This document shows, in pieces, positions 51,593 to 64,000 of a stretch of DNA of 64,000 nt. The position numbers and the translations under genes were made by a program. The notes beneath the pieces were generated by a model. The model had not been told where the DNA came from, ran no database searches, and saw nothing but the letters and a program-made list of their open reading frames with translations. Origin of the DNA: the human T2T-CHM13v2.0 reference genome, Homo sapiens; NCBI RefSeq assembly GCF_009914755.1, contig NC_060944.1. One strand, written 5' to 3'. Position 1 is the first letter of the stretch. Each line of letters begins with the position of its first letter.

Positions 51593-53960
51593 TGTATTAG
51601 TCCATTTTCACACTGTTATAAAACTACTACCTGAGACTGGGTAATTTATAAAGGAAAGAGGTTTAATTGACTCACAGTTCCCCATGGCTAGGGAGGCCTC
51701 AGGAAACTTACAATCACGGCAGAAGGAGAAGCAAGTACCTTCTTCATAAAGTGGCAGGAAGGAGTGTGAGCTAAGCAAGAACTTGCCAAACACTTATAAA
51801 ACCATCAGGTCTTGTGAAAACTCACTCACTGTCACGAGAACAGCATGGGGGAAACTGCTCCAATGATCCAATCACCTACCACCGCCTTCCTCCCTTGACG
51901 TATGGGGATGATGGGGATTACAATTCAAGATGAGATTTGAGTGGGGACACAGCCAACTCATGTCGTTTTGCCCTGGCTCCTCCCAAATCTCATGTCCTCA
52001 CATTTCAAAACATAATCATGCCTTCCCAACAGTCCCCCAAAGTCTCATCCAAAGTCCCCCAAGTCCAAAGTCTCATCTGAGACAAGGCAAGTCCCTTTCA
52101 CCTTGGAGCCTTCAAAATCAAAAGGAAGTTTAGTTGCTTGCAGGAACAATGGGAGTACAGGCATTGGATAAATGCTCCCATTCCAAAGGGGAGAAATTGG
52201 CCAAAACAAAGGGGCTACAGGCCACATGCAAGTCTGAAATCTGGCAGGGAAGTCATTAAATCTTAAAGCTCCCATGGTCTTGGGCAGCTCCGCCTCTGTG
52301 GCTTTGCAGAGTACAGTCTCCCTCCCAGCTGCTTTCATGGGCTGACATTGAGTTTCTGTGACTTTTCCAGGTGCATGATGCAAGCTGTCAGTGGATCTGC
52401 TATTCTAGGGTCTGTAGGACAGTGACCCTCTTCTCACAGCTCCACTAGGCAGTACCCCAGTGGGGACTCTGTGTGGGGGCTCCAACCCCACATTTCCCTT
52501 CCTCACTGCCCTAGCAGAGGTTCTCCATGAGGGCTCCACCCCTGCAGCAAACTTCTGCCTGGACATCCAGGCATTTCCATACATCCTCTGAAATCTAAGA
52601 GGTTCCCAAACCTTAATTCTTGACTTCTGTGCACCCACAGGCCCAACACCATGTGGAGGCCACCAAGGCTTGGGGTTTGCACCCTCTGAAGCAATGGCCT
52701 GAGCTGTACATTGGCCCTTTTAGCCATAGCTGGGATGCAGGGCACCAAGTCCTGAGACTGCTCAAAGCAGCAAGGCCCTGGGCCCGGCCCACGAAACCAT
52801 TTTTTCCTCCTAGACATTAGGCCTGTGATGGGAGGGTCTGCCATGAAGACCTCTGACATGCCTTGAAGACATTTTCTCCATTGTATTGGCGAGTAACATT
52901 TGGCTCCTTGTTATTTTTGCAAATTTCTGCAGCCAGCTTGAATTTCTCTCCAGAAAATGGGTTTTTCTTTTCTATTGCGTCATCAGGCAAATTTTCCAAA
53001 CTTTTATGCTCTGCTTCCATTTTAAACATAAGTTCCAATCTCAGATCATTTCTCTCAAGTTCAAAGTTCCACAGATCTCTAGGGCAGGGGCAAAATGCCA
53101 CCAGTCTCTTTGCTAAAGCATAGCAAGAGTGACCTTTACTCCAGTTCCTAACAACTTCCTCATCTCCATCTGAGACCACCTCAGCCTGGACTTCCTTGTC
53201 CATGTCACTAACAGCATTTTGGTCAAAACCATTCAACAAGCCTCTAGGAAATCCCAAACTTTCCCACATCTTTCTGTCTTCTTCTGAGCCCTCCAAACTG
53301 TTGTACCCTCTGCCTGTTACCCAGTTCCAAAGTCACTTCCACATTTTTGGGTATCTGTATGGCAGTGCCCCACTCCCAGTACCAATTTACTATATTAGTC
53401 TGTTCTCACACTGCTATAAAAATACTATCTGAAGGCTGGGTGCAGTGGCTCATGCCTGTAATCCCAGCACTTTGGGAGGCCGAGGTAGGCAGATCACCTG
53501 AGGTCAGAAGTTCGAGACCAGCCTGGCCAACATGGCAAAAACCCGTCTCTATTAAAAATACAAAAAAATTAGCTGGATGTGGTGGCATGTGCCTGTAATC
53601 CCAGCTACTTGGGACGCTGAGGCAGGAGAATTGCTTGAGCCCAGGAGGTGGAGGTTGCAGTGAACCACCACTGTACTCCAGCCTGGGTGACAGAGCAAGA
53701 CTCCATCTCAAAAAAAAAAAAAAAAAAAAACTACCCGAGACTGGGTGGTTTGTAAAGGAAAGAGGTTTAATTGACTCACAGTTCCACATGGCTGCAGAGG
53801 CCTCAGGAAACTTACAATCATGGCTGAAGGAGAAGCAAGTACCTCATTCACAAGGCAGCAGGAAAGAGTGTGAGCAAAGGGAGAACTTGCCGAACACTTG
53901 TAAAACCATCAGCTCTCATGAGAACTTACTCACTGTCATGAGAACAGCATGGGAGAATCC
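51593..53960 (-). mobile_element. Near full-length THE1D/MST MaLR element (LTR 51593-51962, internal region to ~53390, second LTR split by Alu 53433-53730 and truncated)
   Basis: Two similar LTRs (TATTAGTC...GAGGTTTAATTGACTCACAGTTCC) flanking typical MaLR internal sequence. Confidence 0.88.
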
Positions 53961-54930
53961 TCATACACCCCCCACCCCTTGCCCACTTCCTCTCTGGCAT
54001 GCTGATTTAAAAGTAGACTTTTGACTTATAGATATTAATAAACATGCCCTGATTCAATAAACCCAGCAGATGTTACCATACATAGTCTCCTTGGGTGATT
54101 TTGGGGTGAGCAAATCTACCAAGGTGATAAATGATTTTGCTTATGATTGAAGTAGCGACATTAGGGATATGGATTTTATATTACATGTCCACATTAATAT
54201 TAAATATAAACATCCATAATAATAAATATTAATATTAATATATAAATATAGAATATTTAAGAGCTCTCACTGCAGAAACCGTTTTCATGCACTGGGATTC
54301 ATATATTCAACAAAATAATGTTTTCGGGGTTGTTCTAAGGGCTTTCTATATTTCCCTTATTTAATTCTCAAACCTATGATGTAGTTACTTCTATTATTTC
54401 CATGTTACAGATGAAAAATTGAGGCACAAAAAGGTTGAGTAACTTGTTGTAGTTATATAATTAGTAAATAGCGGAGTTTAAAGGACACTAAAATGTAGTA
54501 GTTAAAAAGCAAGTCTGCAAATTCTTCGACATTCTTCCCGTAGATTTTTTTTCAGTCAATCTAAAAATCTGGCCAGTTCAAAGAGATGTTGAGAAAGTGC
54601 TGGAGACCAGTGCTTTCCAAACTGTACTGAATATATAAATCATTTGGGGATCATGTTCAAGTGTAGATTCTGATTTAGTAGCTGTGGGGTCCTGCATTTC
54701 TAACAAGCTCCCAACAGATGCTGATGCTGTGGGTCATGGAGTGCATAGAGAAGCAAGGCTGTCACTTTATTTATAAAAAAACAAGGCCAAGGAAAGTAAC
54801 TTCTCCAAGGCCAATAGCTGGTTTAGGGACAGAGCCCGAGTAAGTAATTCTAATTATAGGTGAAATTCAAAGATACACATGATGAAAGATTTGAGTCCGA
54901 TGCCAATGAAACCACTAAATTCTGAGGTCA

Positions 54931-56420
54931 TTTTTTTTTTTTTTTTTTTTTTTTTTTGGAGACAGGATCTCACTCTGTTGCCCAGGCTGGAGTGCAGTGG
55001 TGCAGTCACAGCTCACTACAGTCTTGATCTCCCAGGCTTAATTGACCCTCCCACCTTAGCCTCCTGAGCAGCTGGGACTACAGGCACATGTCACTATGCC
55101 TGGCTAATTTTTGTATTTTTTGCAGATACAGGGTATCACCATGTTGTCCGAGCTGGCCTCAAACTCCTGGGCTCGCCTCAAACTCCTGGGCTCAAGCAAT
55201 CCATCCACCTCAGCCTCCCCAAATGCTGGGATTACAGACATGAACCACTGCACTAGGCACAGATAATTTTTAAGGCAATCTGGGATCCACAGGTATTGAT
55301 AAATGATTATGGAAATAATTATTACCTACAAATTACTTGCTTATTACTTTCACATTTCTTTTCTATACCCATGTTTTGGGTTGAGTTCCTTAGAAGCAGA
55401 GCCTAAGACAAAGATTGTGTGTGTGAGAGTGATTTAGGAGGACATAATCCCAGGTAAGCCAGTGGGGAGTGGGGATTTGTGACAGGGAAAGAAGCCGAGG
55501 AAGGATGGAGTATCCGGCAAAGTCCCATGGAGGGTAACTTTTGTTGAATCCCCCTGGGAGCTCTGTGGACGGTGTAGGGCATACTCAGCTGATGTCTTAG
55601 TTAGTTCAGGTTGCTGTAAAAAAAAAAAAAAAAAACAGAAAAAATCCCACTGACTGGGGGGCTTAAATAGCAGAAATTTATTTGTCACAGTTCTGGAGGC
55701 TGGAATACCCAAGTTCATTGCGCTGGCACATTTGGTTACTGGTGAAGACCGTTTTCCTTTATTCTCACATGGTGGAGAGAGAGATCATCTTTATCATGCC
55801 TCTTCTTATAGGGGCACTAATCCCATTCATGAGGGTTTTACCATCATGACCCAGTTTCCTCCCAATCTCACCACCCATCAAATACCATCACAGGGGGTTA
55901 AGGCTTCAACGTATGAATTTAGGGGGGGCTCACTCAGTCCATAGCAGCTGTCTAGAACTGTGCTGTTCGAGATAGCAACCCCTAGCCACATGTGGCCATT
56001 GAGCCCTTGAAATGTAGCCAGTCCAAAGTCAGTATGTTGTAAGTATGAAGTATGCACTTGATTTTGAAGACTTAGTACAAAAAAGTAAACTATCTCACTA
56101 GCAATTTTTAAATATTGGTTACATGTTGAAATGATAATATTTGGACTCTCATGGCTTAATAACATATATAATCAAATTTATTTTACCTGTTTATTTTTGC
56201 TTTTTTGTAAAAAAAATCTAGCCTCTAGAAAATTTACAATTACACTGGTAGATGGCACTATCTTTCTTTCTTTCTTTTCTTTTTTTTTTTTTTGAGAGGG
56301 AGTTTCGCTCTTGTCGCCCAGGCTGGAATGCAGTGGCATGATCTCGGCTCACTGCAACCTCTGACTCCCGGGTTCAAGCAATTCTCCTGGGATGGCACTA
56401 TATTTCTATTGGATGGTGCT
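54931..56420. mobile_element. AluJ (-), MLT1A-like LTR (~55594-55945), MER3/MER33-like hAT element with a truncated Alu (TSD GATGGCACTAT)
   Basis: Consensus motifs. Confidence 0.7.
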
Positions 56421-58179
56421 GGTTTATATTCTTGCACACATAAATCACTAGATAAGGACATTGGTTAAGGCATTTCTAGCTCTCCCTGATCCCAGGCAAA
56501 ACTGGCTTCAGCAGCTTAAGTTGGGCAGTAAGCCACAGGTGCTTGGCTGCTGGGCAGAGAAGCATACTGGGAGTCTACATGCAGGAAAACGGGAAAGAGA
56601 TGCAAAGGGATATGGCAGTATACTGACAGTGCCTGTTATGATCTGTGTAATGCTGTACAAAGACTTAGTGATGTTTTATTTATATGTATTTGTTTTTAAA
56701 ACAAAGTTCATCATAAGCAATAATATTAGTGGCACCTCAGGCTTCATATGCTAGAAATATTTATTTCTAAGAGACATTAAAATAAACACATAACTATTAA
56801 AACAGAATGATATTTATCTGCCTTCTCAGCAGTGATGTACATTACGGAACTTTCTGGCAAAAACCAATGTTCATTAATCTTCAGCAAAGGAATTCTGTTA
56901 AAAGAATAGTTAATCATTTTCTGATATGTGTAATTATGACTCTCCTTCCCTTCGATTTTATGAAGCCATTTGAATTCCTTCAATGTGTTACTTTGACACT
57001 TAATGCAATGTTTATGCAACAATCACCAAAATTAATTGTGTTCCTTTTGGAAACTATTTAAAATCCCCATCTTTGGCCAGCCTTATTGACATGTGCACAT
57101 TAAAGTATGACTATGCAACAATAATACTTTTACAGCAATGAATAAATGTCAAATTAATTATGTCAGAATTGTAATTTGTCTGCTTCCTTTCTAATATGTA
57201 TAATTATTAATTTGGGGAAAGTGTGCAGAAAATATTAAGCATATTGTCAGAGCTGAAGCTCAACATCTAAAGTGAGGTTACTTTTCCTCTGAAATGTATT
57301 CTTTGGGGGTTTCCTTTTTGGCAGAATTTGTTACTTGTTGGCCAATGACTTTTAGGGAAATTCCATCCTCTATCTCATATGACAAGCCAATGGCTAGAAA
57401 ATATCAATGGAAATATCATCAGAATTTTTTGTTTATAAAAACGTTGTGGGGTAGGTTTTCTTTTTGTTGTGAATAGGACTGCACCATCTTCTAATTTGGT
57501 TTGCCAGGCTATATATCTAGCTAAAAATAGAAAGTGCACCTGCTTCTTTTCATTCTTTAAATATTATATATGCATCCTCAGAGAATCCTTCTCCATTTTG
57601 GCTGAACATTTTTGATGGTGTCCTTCTGCCATCATCTCAGATGGCAGGAGGAGATGAGCTGTCTGCCTCTTTCTAGTTTTTTCTTTGAATTGTGCTTTGT
57701 TTATAACTTTTACATACATAAATTTTCATGTGTAGTATTTCTATAGCATTCTTTAATTGGAGGTGGATTCAGTGACAAGCACTGTGGACATAAGTGGGTT
57801 TGGGTGGGGGCTCTGGCAGGCTCTTCTCTGTTGTAGTATAGTAAGAAATTACAGGGTACAACTTTCAGTGTGATTTCAGCAAAGTTCGAGGAGGCACAAG
57901 ACTATTAGAGCTGTTAAATGTGGCTGTTTGCCAAACCCGTAGACCCAGGCATGTTCTCGGGATCCCTCCCTAATCCTGTTAGCACACAGCCTGCCTATAT
58001 TTGCAGGGGCCAGCTAACCTCCAGTTTCCAGGAATGTTCTGGGCAATCCACTTCCCTCTCTTCCAGGCTGCCTCTGAGTGCTGATCTCTCTCTTCCACCT
58101 TCTCTCTCCTTCTTCTTTCTCTTCCACCCTCATTTCTCTTTTCTAGAATGTGGGATTTGGGACTAGTGTGAGTGCTTAA

Positions 58180-58558
<379 letters not shown>

Positions 58559-58838
58559 GCTGTGCATTTCATGGCCAGAACATAGCACAAGGACGTGGCC
58601 GGCCCCTTACTGATTGGCATTTTCCTGTCTCCAGTGCTTTCCTGTTATAGATTGTGCACGAGCAGTCATTCTGGAATGTCTACCTTTACACTCAGGTACG
58701 AGGGCATCTGTTGGGCTGATGCATAGAAGGGGAATTACTCAAACAAGGGAAATATTTTAATGTTACAGAATACCACACTTTCATCACAAAAGTTTTCATC
58801 TGTATAGAAAGATTTAATTGGAAATGAATGAAGACCTC

Positions 58839-59195
58839 TGATATGGTTTGGCTGTGTCCCCACCCAAATCTCATCTTGAATTGTAACTCCCAAATTCCCA
58901 CATGTCATGGGAGGAACTCGGTGGGAGGTGATTGAATTATGGGGGCAGGTCTTTGCTGCGCTGTTCTCATGATAGTGAATGAGATCCGATGGTTTTAAAA
59001 AGAGGAGTTCCCCTGCACAAAATCTTTTTGCCTGCTGCCATCCACATAAGTCATGACTTGCTCCTCCTTGCCTCCCACCACAATTATGAGGCTCCCCAGC
59101 CACGTGGAAATGTAAGTTCAGTGAAACCTCTTTCTTTTGTAAATTGCCCAGTCAGAGATATGTCTTCATTAGCAGTGTGAAAACGGATTAATACA
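58839..59195 (+). mobile_element. THE1 solo LTR
   Basis: TG...CA termini with TSD ACCTC (58834-58838, 59196-59200). Confidence 0.92.
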
Positions 59196-59363
59196 ACCTC
59201 TTTTGAGGTTTCTTTGAAATGACAGTTTTTCTGGTTTCAAAGACTATGCAGACTAGTCCTAACCCTGCCTTTGCTCCCTCTAAGAGGGGCATCTTCCTCA
59301 TGCACAGAGCTTAGTCCTTCAATGTGGTAAGGAAAGATCAATTTCACCTTTCCTCATTATTGC

Positions 59364-61073
<1,710 letters not shown>

Positions 61074-63715
61074 CCTTACCAATTTTTCAAAAATGGCTGC
61101 AAAGTATTCTATATCCTGGTTTTATGATTCTGATTCAAATTTATTAGCCATTCCCTAATGATGGACAGTTGTCTGCAGTTTGTTAATATAATATGATACA
61201 TTCAACATATTTGCACCGATTTTTTTGCTTATTTGTATGTGGATATATATCACAATGTGGAATTGTTGGGCTGATTTATTTAAAAATGCTGGTGTAGTCC
61301 ATAAACTAAGATAGATAAAGTTAAGATTTGAGACAATAAACTTGCAATCCCTCTTTTTCCCCAGTAGTTGTCTGAGGTATTGTAGCATAAATAACAAATG
61401 TGTGTAATTAAAAACCAAAATTAGCTGAGCAAAAATACTATCCCTGCCCAAATTTCAGTTTTAAATTCTTATTTACAAACACTGTTTCTTGTTTTTCCTG
61501 CCTTTGATGTGAACTTTAATTTTTAAGTGTAATCTAAACCACCTTTAAAACAAATCATTTATTCGTAAGGTTTACTATGTCATAATTGCCTGGTTATTTG
61601 GATGATAGATGTGTCATATCTGAAAACTAACTAGTTATCTTTTGAAATGTATTTCAACATGCATTATCTGAAGCAGCAAAGGTGAGAACACTGCGTGGAT
61701 AAATATGATAAAAAATATGATGGATTTACAAGCACAGCACTCAGGTTTAGCATTTAGTCATTTTTATTATGTTGTTGGGTCAAAAGTGTAAAAGAAGACC
61801 AGCAGAGGAACTGTTAAGGCTCCTTGGAGTTTTTGCCTGCCCTCCTGCCTGGGGATGGAGGTAGTTCTAGCCTAGAAACTCTTGAATGCTTTACAAATAA
61901 TAGAAGCCAAGTGGGAAAAGCATGTTCTATATTTTAATGCTGACATCCTCATAGAAAAAAAAAAGTAAAGATTCAGAATACTTGGCTGTGATTCAGTACC
62001 TAAACACTTCCTGGTGTTTCTCAGAATCCCCCGGAGACTCATAAATGCTGCTGTGTTGGAGGTACCCATTGCTGCTGCACACTTAGGCCAGTTTGTCAAA
62101 CTAACGAGCTCAAGAGCGATGCTATTTCTAGGTTCAACCCCATGGGGGAGGAACAGAGAGAAAACAAAACCAAAATTCAGACAGAAGAGTAATCCTAAAG
62201 GCCAGTTGACAAAAAATTTATTAACACATATATACCAAATCTCACCCAGAGTAGTATCCTTTGTGGAGATTTTACCCTACAAATCTTTTGCTAGCTCCTT
62301 GAGTCCAAGCATTACAGATAAGGTGGTATGGTTTTTACACTGGGTGATGTTTATTGATCTGGACTTAAAAAACAGCACTGTCTGGCTTTTTTTCACTGAC
62401 ACAATATTTGCAAATAACTATGGAATGGAGAGGACGTGTTTTCCTCTTGTTAGGGCCTATTGTTTTTTAAGAAAATTAACAAAAGGGAGAGAGAAGCTTT
62501 AACACTCATTGAGAGGGACTTTTTATTCTGGGATTTGATAACTAAGATTCGGGGAAGATAGTGAGTTTTGGTGTAATTTGTGTCATCAAAACAACCCCTG
62601 TATTAGAGCAGGAGATACAGTATCAATAGATAATGAGAAAAGACAATGGAAATTATACAAATGTATGTTTCTTAAAAGCTTTTGCTACCTATTATTTTCT
62701 AGCCTATAGGCAAAATTTAGAGACATATAATGGATATGCTTATATTGATAGTAACATATCATGTAATTTAAAAGGCTAAGTCCACCTTACAGGTTTGCCT
62801 CATGCCATGATGAATCATTTTGAAATGTGATTGGTCTTCTAAGGGATTGTTCAAAGATTGTCAGTCAATCATTGACAAAATAACTCTGTGAGGTGACTTA
62901 CTACAGTTTGGTTTTGATGTTTACAACATAACCAAATGTGAACTTTGGAGCTTGTAAAGTTGTTCTTTCAGCATTATAAATTTGGCAGCTTCCTCTTCCT
63001 GCCTCCCTTCTCCTCCTCCTTCTCTTTTTCTTCTTCTCCTTATCTTCCCTTCCTGCTTCAACAAATTCACAGAAATAGGAGGCCTGCTGTATTAATTTTA
63101 TTGTTTGCTTACTTTCAAATCTTTTCTTTCAGGCATATTTCAATATATAATTGATATGAAGTGTGACAATTTTTAATTTGTCTTGACTTTTTAAATTTTA
63201 TGATAGAAAATGGAAACCAACATATATAAATAATCTACTAATATTTCTTAACCTTTATATATATGCTCAAGAGAAGACTTTTTTCTTCCCCCTGGAATGA
63301 ATTTTTTTTTTTTTAAAGAAAGTCAAGTATTATGTATACACAGCTTTTGAATTCTTGGATATATTTTTGAAACTTTAAAACATTATTATTTATATTAATC
63401 TTTGAAGTATTTCCTCTTGAGGAACTACCTATACTTCTTGCATAGTGACCTAGTTTCAATAGTAACATTTTATAGAAGCTGATGGTAAAATTTATGTCTT
63501 CGGACCATAATTAATTATGTTTTGAACTTAAACAGGAACATCTCCTTTCTTAACTAAACGGCCGTGTCTTACATTTACATGATTTGCTATTTGTACCTTA
63601 AAGAGGTGTAATAGTTTTATTATGTTCTTATGTCATCAGTAATTTCATATGTGAGTCATGAATCCCATAGATTTAGTGGTGCTCAAATACACTTATTGAT
63701 TGATTGATTTGCTAT

Positions 63716-64000
63716 ACAATTGGCTCTCTGTATTTATGAGTTCTGTATCTAGGGATTCAACCAACTTTGGTTTGAAAATATTAGGGGAAAAAAGAAAATA
63801 TACAACCATAAAAATACATATTTAAAAAATTCAGTGTAACAACTATTTACTTAGTATTTACATTATATTAGGTATTACAAGTGATCTAGAGATGATTTAG
63901 AATTACAGGAGGATGTGCATAGGTTATATACAAATACTATGCCATTTCATTTAAGTGACTTGAGCATTTGTGGATTTTTTGGGGCATTTCTTGAACCAAT
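63716..64000. mobile_element. MER2 (Tigger) element, cut by the window edge
   Basis: GATTCAACCAAC...ACAACTATTTAC...GGAGGATGTGCATAGGTTATAT. Confidence 0.8.

Noticed and set aside
52817-53296. 159-aa ORF
   Set aside because: Remnant of the MaLR internal region, found in many copies.
62014-62502. 162-aa ORF in unique DNA
   Set aside because: GTG start, no recognisable homology or exon signals.

Overview
Human genomic DNA (an AluYb8 insertion is present), very rich in Alus. The only supportable protein-coding content is the 5' end of ZFP64 on the minus strand: a CpG-island promoter (~22.7-23.9 kb), coding exon 1 (23077-23032) and exon 2 (18512-18273). Positions 1-18272 are ZFP64 intron 2. Positions ~24-64 kb are upstream sequence filled with Alus, L1/L2/MIR fragments, DNA-transposon fossils and ERV/MaLR LTRs, several of them nested with intact target-site duplications (TSDs). 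Nearly all ORFs in the supplied track are repeat or GC artefacts. I see no foreign or wholly new gene system. The best leads are regulatory: a Kozak-flanked start-stop uORF, tandem acceptors at exon 2, a promoter-like cluster with a GTAAGT donor in intron 2, an inverted duplication next to exon 2, and a CpG-rich LTR whose insertion junction carries a perfect splice donor beside an octamer-rich LTR. Also notable are a tailless U2 snRNA fragment and local duplications with hairpin junctions. Repeat subfamily names and gene identity come from my recall of consensus sequences and should be confirmed with RepeatMasker/BLAT.
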